Origin: Sphingobacterium sp.
GTDB lineage: Bacteria > Bacteroidota > Bacteroidia > Sphingobacteriales > Sphingobacteriaceae
Length of the DNA: 64,000 bases
Direction: 5' to 3'
Assembly: GCA_031253985.1 (NCBI GenBank)
Contig: JAIRVH010000206.1
Coordinates: 40,079-104,078 of the forward strand
The notes beneath the pieces are model-generated. The model did not search any database and was not told the origin of the DNA. It saw nothing but the letters and a program-made list of their open reading frames with translations. The position numbers were made by a program, and so were the translations under genes. Below, one piece after another: positions 19,067-28,313 of this stretch; position 1 is the first letter of the stretch; the number at the start of each line of letters is the position of its first letter.

Positions 19067-19220
19067 AAACTATAGTATACAAATTATAGACCAAGCTGCC
19101 TTTTTGCTGTTTTAACATAAAAATATTACTTAAATATTATCCTTTAGCATCACTAACCTGGCACACTTGAAAATTATACCTTTTGATAGACAATTGTTTA
19201 GTCAAAAAGTTTAAAAAACA

Positions 19221-19252
19221 TTTGGATCATATAAGCTATAATACTACTTTTG
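19221..19252 (+). promoter_or_regulatory. Bacteroidota-type promoter for tRNA-His
   Basis: TTTG at 19221-19224, a 20-nt spacer, then TACTTTTG (TAnnTTTG) at 19245-19252, 16 nt before the tRNA. Confidence 0.5.
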
Positions 19253-19267
19253 TGACATCAAAATCAT

Positions 19268-19344
19268 GGTAGGTATAGCTCAGTTGGTTAGAGCACTAGA
19301 TTGTGGTTCTAGGGGTCGTCGGTTCGAGCCCGATTACTTACCCA
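19268..19344 (+). tRNA. tRNA-His: tRNA-His (anticodon GTG)
   Basis: Manual cloverleaf. G-1 pairs with C73. Acceptor gtaggta/tacttac, D arm gctc-agttggtta-gagc, anticodon arm ctaga-ttGTGgt-tctag, T arm gtcgg-ttcgagc-ccgat, and an encoded CCA-like tail. Confidence 0.9.
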
Positions 19345-19376
19345 AAAGGCAGATCAAATGATCTGCCTTTTTTGTT
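19345..19376 (+). terminator. rho-independent terminator after tRNA-His
   Basis: aaaggcagatc-aaat-gatctgccttt followed by a T-run. Confidence 0.8.
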
Positions 19377-19580
19377 TTCTGTTTAGGCCTGCAGATAAGT
19401 ATTGTACACTGCCCACCAGTTTTCCCTCGCTCATTCGATTAGACGGAGACCAGGATGAAAAGTCAACTCAATAGGCTACAATAACCACCATTACCTATTA
19501 AATAATACACACACTATTATAGTTAAAATTAAGCTGATTTTGACACGCTTCTTATAGCAAATAGGAACAGCTTTTATTCC

Positions 19581-19693
19581 CAGTATGGATGAAGCACGGA
19601 TAAAGCACAGATATAGTACAGATAAAGCACGGATATAGTACTAAACTCCCCCAAAGAGAAAAGTGCTTTAACAGTACTTTAAACGTGCTTTGC
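19581..19693. repeat. 11-bp phased degenerate repeats in two inverted arms
   Basis: Left arm: aagcacggata / aagcacagata / tagtacagata / aagcacggata / tagtactaaac (19592-19646). Right arm: aagtgctttaa / cagtactttaa / acgtgctttgc (19661-19693), carrying the reverse-complement core GTGCTTT/GTACTTT. Confidence 0.7.
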
Positions 19694-19816
19694 GCCCCTA
19701 TCCAGCCTGAAGAACAGTAAATTGGCCCAAAAATTACATTTAATAATTAGGAAATATAATTAACAGGATAATTCACCCCATAAAAAGCAAATAATGGTCT
19801 CTTTCAACCAAGAATA

Positions 19817-20596
19817 TTAGCGCCACATAAACCCACCAATTCGGAAAAAACGCAGCAATTTGTTGATCATGGTCAAAGCTGGCTTCTTAATCTTCCACTT
19901 TAATCCATCAAATCCTGTCGGAGCCGCATTGAAATCCTTCACCGTCGCCGCCCCTGTCTTCATATGTACCGGAGCTGTATCTCTTCGGTGCTTTTCCACA
20001 ACCAAAATGCTATCGTAGTAGTGTAGGGAGCTTACAGAACGTGTAAATCCATTGACCTTCAAGCCGCGCTGCTCCGAATGGTAAGCATTGATATAGTCAA
20101 TAAAATTTTTGCTGTACTCGATAAAGGTGCCGTTCCTTTTATGACCTCCGCCATAAAAAACCTGATAAGATGTATGTAAATCTTCACAGAGGTATACGCC
20201 ATCGTCTTTCACATGGTCAAAAAGCTCTTCAAATGTTACGATCTGCTGCTTCATGGTGTGGCCCCCATCATCAATCAATATATCAATCGGAGGAATCGAT
20301 TCTTTTACCTGACGCAGGAACTTTCGGTCCGATTGCGAACCAATAAAAATCTCCACATTCTCCTCTTCAAGCTCCTTGCAGTGCGGATTGATGTCGATAC
20401 CGTAAATCTTGGCACGATCACCAAAATAGTTCTTCCACATCTGAAGACTTCCACCCTGAAAAACACCAACTTCCAGGACGACGATTTCCTTGCCCTTAAA
20501 ACGATTAAAATGTCTGTCGTATACATCGAAATAATGCATCCATTTATTGATTAGCTTCGCATCATTATTTCGGAAATAAGTTTCTAACTCGTTCAT
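19817..20596 (-). CDS. class I SAM-dependent methyltransferase (CmcI / cephalosporin-hydroxylase-like family)
   Basis: 259 aa. INKWMHYFDVYDRHF...VLEVGVFQGGSLQMWKNYFG...IYGIDINP is typical of this family. Confidence 0.7.
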   Translation of the reverse strand: MNELETYFRNNDAKLINKWMHYFDVYDRHFNRFKGKEIVVLEVGVFQGGSLQMWKNYFGDRAKIYGIDINPHCKELEEENVEIFIGSQSDRKFLRQVKESIPPIDILIDDGGHTMKQQIVTFEELFDHVKDDGVYLCEDLHTSYQVFYGGGHKRNGTFIEYSKNFIDYINAYHSEQRGLKVNGFTRSVSSLHYYDSILVVEKHRRDTAPVHMKTGAATVKDFNAAPTGFDGLKWKIKKPALTMINKLLRFFRIGGFMWR

Positions 20597-20666
20597 GCTA
20601 TTGGTTCTATTTTAAGGTTTTCTGTTTTTTTTATGCAATGAATTTATTGAAATATAACGAAAAAAA

Positions 20667-20674
20667 CAAAGATA
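20667..20674 (-). promoter_or_regulatory. candidate -7 box for the methyltransferase gene
   Basis: Plus-strand caaagata is the reverse complement of TATCTTTG (TAnnTTTG), 71 nt upstream of ATG 20596. Confidence 0.3.
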
Positions 20675-20722
20675 TATTTTAGTTTTTTAGGCATAAATTT
20701 CTAGAACTTTGAACTATTTTCC

Positions 20723-20743
20723 TATATTTGCATAACTAGTTAT
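20723..20743 (+). promoter_or_regulatory. -7 promoter box plus 12-bp perfect palindrome (candidate MarR operator)
   Basis: TATATTTG at 20723-20730, immediately followed by ATAACTAGTTAT at 20732-20743, 18 nt before the MarR-GNAT start. Confidence 0.45.
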
Positions 20744-20761
20744 ATAATTACTTATAATATA

Positions 20762-21727
20762 ATGGAACTATTTGAAAAAACTGGAAAAGTGGCTTTGGGC
20801 AGCAGACTGCGTTATATGGCATCCAACATAACAGAGGAAGCCACCCGATTACATGAACTCTATGAGATTGATTTTGCACCCAAATGGTTTCCTGTATTCT
20901 TTATCTTGTCTGAAGGTGATCCCAAAACGATCACAGATATCGCAACTGAAATTGGCCATTCCCAGCCTTCGGTGACCAAAATCGTCAAAGAGATGATCAA
21001 AGCAGGGTTATTGGAAGATAACCTTCGCTCAACGGATAAACGGAGAAATATGGTCGGATTGACTGACAAAGGTAAAATGCTGTGGGAAAGAATGTGGATC
21101 CAATGCGGCGATATCGATCGTGCGATCGATGGAATCATCCAGGAAGCTACACACAATCTCTGGGAGGCCTTGGCGGAATGGGAATTCCTCCTCGAACAAA
21201 AATCTTTGCTGAAACGTGTGCAGGAACAAAAGAAAATGCGCGAAAGCAAGGATGTCAAAATTGTTCCATACATTCCAGCCTATCGTATGGCATTTAAGTC
21301 CTTGAATGAGGAATGGATTTCAACCTATTTTGAAATGGAAGAAACCGATCATAAGGCACTTGACAATCCCGAAGAGTATATTTTGGCCAAGGGTGGAAAA
21401 ATAATGGTTGCTCTTTACCGGGACGAACCCGTAGGTGTCTGCTCAATCATTAAAATGAACCATCCGGATTTTGATTACGAACTGGCAAAAATGGCTGTTT
21501 CACCGACAGTACAGGGCAAAAGTATTGGCTATCTCCTCGGAAAAGCAATTATTGAAGAAGCAAAAGCACTAGGGGCTTCCAAACTGTTTCTGGAGAGCAA
21601 TACCATCCTGAAACCAGCAATCAATCTCTATTATAAACTGGGCTTCCAGAAAATTAGCGGTTATCCCAGCCCCTATCAACGGTGCAATATTCAGATGGAG
21701 CTGGATTTAAAAAATACCCTTGAATAA
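20762..21727 (+). CDS. MarR-type HTH fused to a GNAT N-acetyltransferase
   Basis: 321 aa. N-terminal winged helix (ITDIATEIGHSQPSVTKIVKEMIKAGLL) and C-terminal GNAT (VGVCSI...VQGKSIGYLLGKAIIEEAKALGASKLFLESN...YYKLGF). Confidence 0.8.
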   Translation: MELFEKTGKVALGSRLRYMASNITEEATRLHELYEIDFAPKWFPVFFILSEGDPKTITDIATEIGHSQPSVTKIVKEMIKAGLLEDNLRSTDKRRNMVGLTDKGKMLWERMWIQCGDIDRAIDGIIQEATHNLWEALAEWEFLLEQKSLLKRVQEQKKMRESKDVKIVPYIPAYRMAFKSLNEEWISTYFEMEETDHKALDNPEEYILAKGGKIMVALYRDEPVGVCSIIKMNHPDFDYELAKMAVSPTVQGKSIGYLLGKAIIEEAKALGASKLFLESNTILKPAINLYYKLGFQKISGYPSPYQRCNIQMELDLKNTLE

Positions 21728-21840
21728 CAGAAACATAAACTGGAATCAGCGTGCTTGAATAAACGTGGTTTAATAAGCGGATGAATGCTTCTCTTTTTGG
21801 GAAGCATTTTTGTTTAACTAATTTCTCAAATAAAAGGTGA

Positions 21841-21848
21841 TACTTTTG
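21841..21848 (+). promoter_or_regulatory. candidate -7 box for the sigma operon
   Basis: TACTTTTG, 14 nt upstream of the first ATG at 21862. The true start may be a later Met (21883 or 21913). Confidence 0.35.
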
Positions 21849-21861
21849 CCTAAATTGGTAC

Positions 21862-22416
21862 ATGTCTATAAATGATATTTCTATGCAGCAATTGATCAAT
21901 CCAAATCGAACAATGGACCGGCAGGAACTCTTTATGAATCTGTATAAGCGTGCATTTCCAACCGTGGCCGGCTATATCAGTCGCAGGGGCGGTAATTTAG
22001 AGGAAGCAAAGGATGTATTTCAGGATGCATTGGTCGCTTATTATGAGCAGGTTATTCTGACAGCCACTTCCTTGAACAACGATATCGGTTATCTGATCGG
22101 AACGGCCAAAAACCTTTGGCTGAAACGTTATGGTCAGTCGGGTCATCAGCTGCCCCTGGACCATGTCGATCTTGCCCTGACAGTGGAAGAATCTCCTTCC
22201 CGCACAAGGTTGTTCCGTTTTTTGGAAACTGCTGGACGTAAATGTCTGGAACTACTGAAAAGCTTCTATTACGATCAAATGTCACTGCAGGAAATTGCCG
22301 ATGAATATGGCTATTCCGGGACGAGGAGCGCCACGGTGCAGAAATTCAAATGCCTGGAGAAAGTAAGGGCATCCGTTAAACAAAAATCTTTGGTTTATGA
22401 TGACTTCATGGAATGA
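21862..22416 (+). CDS. sigma-70 family (ECF-type) RNA polymerase sigma factor
   Basis: 184 aa. Region 2 (EEAKDVFQDALVAYYE) and region 4 HTH (MSLQEIADEYGYSGTRSATVQKFKCLEKV). Start codon is uncertain. Confidence 0.8.
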   Translation: MSINDISMQQLINPNRTMDRQELFMNLYKRAFPTVAGYISRRGGNLEEAKDVFQDALVAYYEQVILTATSLNNDIGYLIGTAKNLWLKRYGQSGHQLPLDHVDLALTVEESPSRTRLFRFLETAGRKCLELLKSFYYDQMSLQEIADEYGYSGTRSATVQKFKCLEKVRASVKQKSLVYDDFME

Positions 22417-22669
22417 AACCCAGCAGATAGAGGCTTATATCTTTGAAATAGCTCAACCGGAGGATGTACTGCTTTTTGAAGCAAAACTCCTCCTGGATGA
22501 AGAATTGGCAGACAAAGTGACTGCCCAGCAAAAAACTTATGCTGCTATTCGGCAATTCGGACGCAAACAACTGAAAATGGAAATTGAAGCTGTACAGCAA
22601 AGACTGTTTACACATCCTCAACATAACTCTTTCAGCCAAAAAATAATAAGGCTATTTCGCAAATCCTAA
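22397..22669 (+). CDS. small soluble protein coupled to the sigma gene (possible anti-sigma-like partner)
   Basis: 90 aa. Overlaps the sigma stop by 20 nt, has no TM segment, and is helical and charged (LLFEAKLLLDEELADKVTAQQKTYAAIRQ). Confidence 0.5.
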   Translation: MMTSWNETQQIEAYIFEIAQPEDVLLFEAKLLLDEELADKVTAQQKTYAAIRQFGRKQLKMEIEAVQQRLFTHPQHNSFSQKIIRLFRKS

Positions 22670-22681
22670 AATTTTAACAGC

Positions 22682-23365
22682 ATGATTATCGACAAAAATG
22701 AGTTCCGCAAATTTGCGGTGGGGCATTGCTATGCCCAAAAAGATCTGGTAGATCATTATATTTCCAGTGTCGAGCGCTCCCGTATTCCATTGGCCATGAC
22801 GCCTTACATCACCGAAGAGCGCGAATTAAGGGTATCACAGATGGATGTATTTTCCAGATTGATGATCGACCGCATTATCTTTATGGGGGCTGCCGTAGAA
22901 TCCAATATTGCCAATATCGTACAGGCACAACTGTTATTCCTCCAATCAGTCGATCCCAAAAAAGATATCCATATGTATATCAACTCGCCGGGCGGTGAAG
23001 TTTATGCCGGATTGGGAATTTACGATACGATGCAATTGATCAGCCCGGATGTTGCGACGATCTGTACCGGCATGGCCCTCTCCTTTGGTGCCATATTACT
23101 ATGCGGTGGGGCTCCGGGCAAACGTAGTGCGCTCGAACACGCCCGTGTGATGCTCCATCAGCCGCTGGGCGGCGTTCAGGGTCAGGCTTCTGACATTGAA
23201 ATCACAGCAAATCAGGTGTTAAAGATCAAGAAAGAATTATACGATATTATCGCCAAACATAGTGGACAGAGCTATCAAAGAGTACATGATGTCAGCGACC
23301 GGGATCACTGGATGGTCGCAGCTGAAGCAAAGGAATTTGGAATTATTGATGATGTACTCACCTAG
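22682..23365 (+). CDS. clpP: ATP-dependent Clp protease proteolytic subunit
   Basis: 227 aa. YINSPGGEVYAGLGIYDTM, GMALSFGA (Ser), MLHQP (His) and SDRDHWM (Asp) are all present. Starts 12 nt after the preceding ORF. Confidence 0.9.
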   Translation: MIIDKNEFRKFAVGHCYAQKDLVDHYISSVERSRIPLAMTPYITEERELRVSQMDVFSRLMIDRIIFMGAAVESNIANIVQAQLLFLQSVDPKKDIHMYINSPGGEVYAGLGIYDTMQLISPDVATICTGMALSFGAILLCGGAPGKRSALEHARVMLHQPLGGVQGQASDIEITANQVLKIKKELYDIIAKHSGQSYQRVHDVSDRDHWMVAAEAKEFGIIDDVLT

Positions 23366-23394
23366 TGCTCATCGCTAAATTTATCCACATGTGT

Positions 23395-23440
23395 AAGCGC
23401 GCTATTGACATGCTATTGTCAATAGCGCGCTTTAATTTTG
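23395..23440 (+). terminator. rho-independent terminator after clpP
   Basis: 16-bp perfect stem aagcgcgctattgaca / tgtcaatagcgcgctt, 6-nt loop, then ttaatttt. Confidence 0.75.
23433..23440 (+). promoter_or_regulatory. candidate -7 box for the VOC gene
   Basis: TAATTTTG, 22 nt upstream of ATG 23462. Confidence 0.35.
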
Positions 23441-23461
23441 TCTTCAACAAATATACACAAG

Positions 23462-23872
23462 ATGAAACTACTATCCATTCGACTGATTGTAAACGACATG
23501 CAGCAATCGGTTACTTTCTATGAAGAAATTCTGGGACGCACAGCACGATGGTTTACCTCAGACTTTGCCGAGTTTTCAACGGATTCAATCACCATAGCTA
23601 TCGGAAGCACCCGCACCATGCAACTATTTGGCGACAACCTCGTTGTTACGGGTAACACTTCCCCTATCATCATTGAATTTTTAGTGGAAAATGTCGATCA
23701 GGAATATGTTCGGATCAAAAATAGCACGCCAAAAGTCATTCAGGAGCCGACGACTATGCCCTGGGGAAATCGCTCATTGCTTTTTTCTGACCCCGATGGC
23801 AACCTGGTTAACTTTTTCACGCCCGTAACCGCCGAAGCAATCAAAAAATTTGGTTTAGATAACATCATTTAA
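23462..23872 (+). CDS. VOC (glyoxalase/bleomycin-resistance) family protein
   Basis: The track ORF starts at TTG 23438, inside the terminator. I prefer ATG 23462 (MKLLSIRLIVNDMQQSVTFYEEILG...PWGNRSLLFSDPDGNLVNFF). Confidence 0.75.
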   Translation: MKLLSIRLIVNDMQQSVTFYEEILGRTARWFTSDFAEFSTDSITIAIGSTRTMQLFGDNLVVTGNTSPIIIEFLVENVDQEYVRIKNSTPKVIQEPTTMPWGNRSLLFSDPDGNLVNFFTPVTAEAIKKFGLDNII

Positions 23873-23952
23873 CTCTTAACAAAAAAACAGGATACTGCGG
23901 TCTAAAATAGTATCTTGTCTTCCTTAACGGATATTTAACAGGTATTCAGCTC

Positions 23953-25053
23953 ATGGCCCTAATTAAAGACATATATACCCGCGAATTCTATCAGTTTATT
24001 GCAGATCAGTTCCACCGCGTCGACAGCAATTTTGACAGACAAAAGTTTATCAAGCGCATTTTTGCAGGCAATTTTAACGAAATGGAATGGAAACAGCGTA
24101 CAAAACACAGTACTGCCACCCTGCATGAATTCATGCCGACCTCTTTTTCCGAAGCGGCTTCTTTAATCAGGCAGGTTGTCCGTCATCTCATGGAAACCAA
24201 CCATCGTGGAGGTCTGGAATATGTTATTTTTCCGGACTATATCGAAACATACGGTATCGATGATTTTGAGACTGCTGTGCAATCATTTGAAATCATTACG
24301 CAATTTATCACCTGCGAATTTGCCGTACGTCCATTTATTATAAAATATGGAGCCCGCATGATCAGCGAAATGGAAAAATGGTCCCAAAGTCCGCATCCGC
24401 AGGTCCGACGGCTTGCAAGTGAAGGATCCAGGCCCAGACTCCCCTGGGCAATGGCCATTCCATCGCTGAAAAAAGACCCTGCTCCCATTTTGCCCATACT
24501 TGAAAATCTCCATAACGATCCCTCTGAGAATGTGCGAAGAAGCGTCGCCAACAATCTCAACGATATTGCCAAAGACCACCCTCATCTTGTGCTGTCCATT
24601 GCCAGAAAATGGAATGGCATCAGCAAAAATACCGATGCGATCATTAAACATGGTAGCCGTACCCTGCTCAAGCAGGGACAGCCCGAGATCCTACACTTTT
24701 ATGGGCTTGATAGCCGTGATTTCCAGGTAAAGAACCTCAGCATCCATACACCGAGAGTTAAAATAGGTGATCATCTTATTTTTTCCTTTCAGATTGCGAA
24801 TGGAAACAGCGTTCCTAAATCACTGCGTCTGGAATATGGCCTATATTACAAAAAATCGAACGGCGAGCTGGCGCGAAAAGTTTTTAAAATCAGTGAACGG
24901 ATCTATCAGGGGACTGAAATAAACTATATTGAACGGAAACAGTCTTTTAAAGTGATAACAACCCGAAAATTTTATGCAGGAACACATCAAATCTCCATTA
25001 TTGTCAATGGGCTAGAAACCGAACCTGTGGAATTTGAGCTCTTGCATATTTAA
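23953..25053 (+). CDS. DNA alkylation repair (AlkD-like HEAT repeat) protein with extra C-terminal domain
   Basis: 366 aa. HPQVRRLASEGSRPRLPW and NVRRSVANNLNDIAKDHP repeats. The C-terminal ~130 aa are beta-rich. Confidence 0.65.
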   Translation: MALIKDIYTREFYQFIADQFHRVDSNFDRQKFIKRIFAGNFNEMEWKQRTKHSTATLHEFMPTSFSEAASLIRQVVRHLMETNHRGGLEYVIFPDYIETYGIDDFETAVQSFEIITQFITCEFAVRPFIIKYGARMISEMEKWSQSPHPQVRRLASEGSRPRLPWAMAIPSLKKDPAPILPILENLHNDPSENVRRSVANNLNDIAKDHPHLVLSIARKWNGISKNTDAIIKHGSRTLLKQGQPEILHFYGLDSRDFQVKNLSIHTPRVKIGDHLIFSFQIANGNSVPKSLRLEYGLYYKKSNGELARKVFKISERIYQGTEINYIERKQSFKVITTRKFYAGTHQISIIVNGLETEPVEFELLHI

Positions 25054-25173
25054 CGAGGAGCATAGGGAAACAAACAGACTGCTTAGGTGTTCTACTAGAA
25101 ACGCTATCCTTGAACCGGCGGTAATTTTCTCGCTGCCGGTCATGTAAGTGCAGAAGTTAACGCAAAGTCTGTT

Positions 25174-26721
25174 ATGAAGAAAATTCTCATCATCTTTTTT
25201 ATCTTATTGATCTTATTTATCATAGGGCTTGTAATCAGAGCGCTGACTTATCCGTTTGCCCCTATCAAAAAATCTAATACTGCACTACCGCAGCCCACAG
25301 TCAATGACAGCATTATCGCCCGATTTGCCGGCGGCATCAAAATTGCCTCCATCTCGATCGGCGACTCCGCCTTGTTTAACCATGCTCCCTTTGTAGAATT
25401 CAATACGTATATCAGGAACAGTTTTCCCTTGATCTATCAGTCATTGGAAACCTATACGGTCAATAACCATGCGTTGGTCTTTCGGCTCAAGGGCAGCGAC
25501 AATAAATTGCTCCCATTACTTTTTCTTTCCCATACCGATGTTGTCCCGCCCGGAGCTGCTGCTGTGAAAAACAATGCGTCCGATGTGTTCCAGCCTAAAG
25601 ACAAGGCCATGCCGCCGGTAAGCGAAATAGCTGAAGAATGGGATTATGCCCCTTTTTCAGGTGCCGTAGCCAACGGCCGCATCTATGGCCGTGGGAGCTT
25701 GGACATGAAAGGTATGCTATTTTCCCTGCTGGAAGCTACCGAGCAGCTCGTTCGCGAGCAGGTAAAGCCCAAACGGGATATCTACCTGGCTTTTGGTTTT
25801 GATGAAGAAGTCGGCGGCTTGCGTGGTGCAACCAAGATCGCAGACTATTTCAGAGAAAAGGGGCTGAAATTTGAAGCCGTTTATGACGAGGGTGGATTGA
25901 TCCTGGAAAAAGGATCGGTCAACGGCATCAGCTCGGATGTGGCGTTGATCGGATGTGCGGAGAAGGGATTTTTGTCCTTAAAAATCAAGGTTAAAGGCCT
26001 TGGCGGCCATTCTTCGATGCCACCAACGGAAAGCGCGATCGGTAAAGCGGCAATCATTATGCAGCGCTTAGAAAATCATCAGATGAAAGCACAGATCGGT
26101 CCTATTATTCATAATTTCTTTCAACAGGTTGGTGGTAGCATGCCCTTTGCTTCCCGCTTTGCCATCGCTAACCAATGGCTCCTAAAGCCCATGCTCCTGG
26201 CGCAACTGACAAAAAACCATTCCACCAATGCGCTGGTTCGGACGACTACTGCACTCACGATGATGAAAGGCAGCGATGCCCCGAATGTACTTTCACCGGA
26301 AGTCGAATTTGTCGTCAATTTTAGGCTGCTGCCCGAAAACACGCTGCAAGAAGTTAACGAGCATGTCAAGCAGGCAACCGCTGGTTTTGATGTTGAAATT
26401 GAACAGGTGGACAATGCGCGCGAAGCATCTAAAGTTTCACCTACAGATGCTAAAGCTTATAAAATGATGGAAACTTCCATCCGCAGACTTTACCCAGAAC
26501 TTATCGTTACGCCGTACCTCACCGTGGGCGGCACCGATGCCGTCAAATATCAGCAGCTCAGCGACCATGTCTATCGCTTTATGCCGGTTAAAATTAATCA
26601 CGCCGAACAGCAGAGTATGCATAGTACCAATGAATATATCAGTATTGAAAACTACCTGAAGATGATCGAATACTTTCACTATATGATGCGTTATTATGAC
26701 GATGATACGAGTGCCAAATAG
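25174..26721 (+). CDS. M20/M25/M40-family metallopeptidase, membrane-anchored
   Basis: 515 aa. N-terminal TM segment. LSHTDVVP, GRGSLDMKG, FGFDEEVGG and GGHSSMPP motifs. Confidence 0.8.
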   Translation: MKKILIIFFILLILFIIGLVIRALTYPFAPIKKSNTALPQPTVNDSIIARFAGGIKIASISIGDSALFNHAPFVEFNTYIRNSFPLIYQSLETYTVNNHALVFRLKGSDNKLLPLLFLSHTDVVPPGAAAVKNNASDVFQPKDKAMPPVSEIAEEWDYAPFSGAVANGRIYGRGSLDMKGMLFSLLEATEQLVREQVKPKRDIYLAFGFDEEVGGLRGATKIADYFREKGLKFEAVYDEGGLILEKGSVNGISSDVALIGCAEKGFLSLKIKVKGLGGHSSMPPTESAIGKAAIIMQRLENHQMKAQIGPIIHNFFQQVGGSMPFASRFAIANQWLLKPMLLAQLTKNHSTNALVRTTTALTMMKGSDAPNVLSPEVEFVVNFRLLPENTLQEVNEHVKQATAGFDVEIEQVDNAREASKVSPTDAKAYKMMETSIRRLYPELIVTPYLTVGGTDAVKYQQLSDHVYRFMPVKINHAEQQSMHSTNEYISIENYLKMIEYFHYMMRYYDDDTSAK

Positions 26722-26938
26722 CTAGCTTGCTAAACGTTGTATTGCCCCATTTCCTTTTTTATAAAGTTTACAAAGACCAAGGGCGGCATTCCTATAACAG
26801 TTTTGACAATTACCGCAAACAGCCCTGTGAAAAGCTCGGTGTTAAATAAACTATTTTGCCTATCCAAAAAGTAAACATAGAAATGGCTACAGTAGAAAAA
26901 TAGGCTTTAGGCAAGTTCATTTTTTTTTAATTTTGATT

Positions 26939-27511
26939 ATGGACAATCTTCGCAATTATATTCGCGCCATGGTCGATTTTTCGACGGATAGCTGGCACTT
27001 ACTGCAACCGGCCCTGACATTGCGTCACTTCAAAAAAAATGAACTGCTGCTGGAACAGGGACAAGTGTGCGACTCGCTATTTTACATCGACAAAGGCTAT
27101 TGTAAAAGCTATTATATTATAGACGGTACGGTGAAAAATACAGGATTTTTTTTTGAAAATGACATCGCGACCAATGTTCAAAGCTTTGGGAGCGGACAGA
27201 AATCTGAATTTAATGTCGTTGCCTGCGAAGCGCTAACGGCCATAATTTTTGATAGGACAAAACTATTTGAACTCGCGGCACAGTCCATAGAAATCGAGCG
27301 TTTGGGACGGCATTGTATTCGGCATTTCGCTTCACGGCAGGAAGAATTCGCAAATCTGTTTAAACTTTATACCGCGACTGAACGGCTGTCTTATCTGGAA
27401 AGCAACTATCCTGAAATCCTTCAACGCGTGCCACTTTCTCAATTAGCTTCCTTTTTGGGGGTAGCCCGGGAAACATTAAGCAGGATCCGTAAACGAAGAT
27501 TGACCCACTGA
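26939..27511 (+). CDS. Crp/Fnr-family transcriptional regulator
   Basis: cNMP-binding-like domain plus HTH (LASFLGVARETLSRIRKR). The track start 26933 is a TTG; ATG 26939 is preferred. TAATTTTG at 26928-26935 lies almost on the start, so the mRNA may be leaderless or the box coincidental. Confidence 0.75.
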   Translation: MDNLRNYIRAMVDFSTDSWHLLQPALTLRHFKKNELLLEQGQVCDSLFYIDKGYCKSYYIIDGTVKNTGFFFENDIATNVQSFGSGQKSEFNVVACEALTAIIFDRTKLFELAAQSIEIERLGRHCIRHFASRQEEFANLFKLYTATERLSYLESNYPEILQRVPLSQLASFLGVARETLSRIRKRRLTH

Positions 27512-27587
27512 CATTATGTGACGATCGTCACAGGGTAAAATAAATCCATTTTGGGAAATTTGCATAAGCTAAACAAAAATAAAAGAT

Positions 27588-28004
27588 ATGAAAACAGACA
27601 ATGCAGCCCTACTGGATTTCGAAAAGTTTATGGCGATGAGACTAAAAGCTTCCACAGATTTTGTGGAAGGAAATTTTGACTCCCTAAAAGATTTATCTGT
27701 AACAAGTGATCCAGCAACAATTTTCCCGCCTAATGGAATATACATCTCAGGCGTATCTCAGGTGAATAATTTCAATGAACAGGGAGCCTCCAATTTTCTT
27801 CCGCATGCGGAAAATGAATTTGAAGTGATCCACCAGGATGCAAGTGACTCCCTTGCCTACTGGACAGGCATCCAACGTTCGTCGGTTAAAATGAAAGGAC
27901 AAGATGCACCTGTAACTTTCAATCTCCGGGTTACTGAACTATTTAGAAAAGAACAAGGCAGCTGGAAACTTATGCACCGGCATGCTGATAGACTGGCTGA
28001 ATAG
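27588..28004 (+). CDS. NTF2/SnoaL-like (ketosteroid-isomerase-fold) protein
   Basis: 138 aa. The pattern ...YWTGIQRSSVKMKG...FNLRVTELFRKEQGSWKLMHRHAD is typical of DUF4440/SnoaL-like proteins. Confidence 0.55.
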   Translation: MKTDNAALLDFEKFMAMRLKASTDFVEGNFDSLKDLSVTSDPATIFPPNGIYISGVSQVNNFNEQGASNFLPHAENEFEVIHQDASDSLAYWTGIQRSSVKMKGQDAPVTFNLRVTELFRKEQGSWKLMHRHADRLAE

Positions 28005-28313
28005 CACAAATGGTCTAGGGAGCAGCACGTGTATACGTCTTCAGCAAGAGTGATGTCTTCAGACAGGATAGCGACTGCTCCTAACCATTAGGCCAGCTGC
28101 AAGTGCCCAGTTTTAGCAACAACGAAACTGCAGTCTTTTAGGGTTTGAGTCTAACGGTACTTGTTGCGCTCACAATTACTTTTGAATCTATGAATCCCAT
28201 ACCTAAAGTATCCCTTTTGTTACAAACACAATCAACACAATCGATTGCATTTATTATTTATCGTTTAATTCAATTGTTTTTATAAAATTAGGGAGAACAA
28301 TTAAATTTAAATT

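Noticed and set aside
19581-19693. CRISPR array.
   Set aside because: The repeats are 11 bp and contiguous, with no spacers, and no cas genes occur in the window.
19385-19816. Possible integrated element or att site downstream of tRNA-His.
   Set aside because: There is no integrase, excisionase or phage/ICE gene within several kb, and I could not find a duplicated copy of the tRNA 3-prime end. Only the 11-bp repeats are reported.
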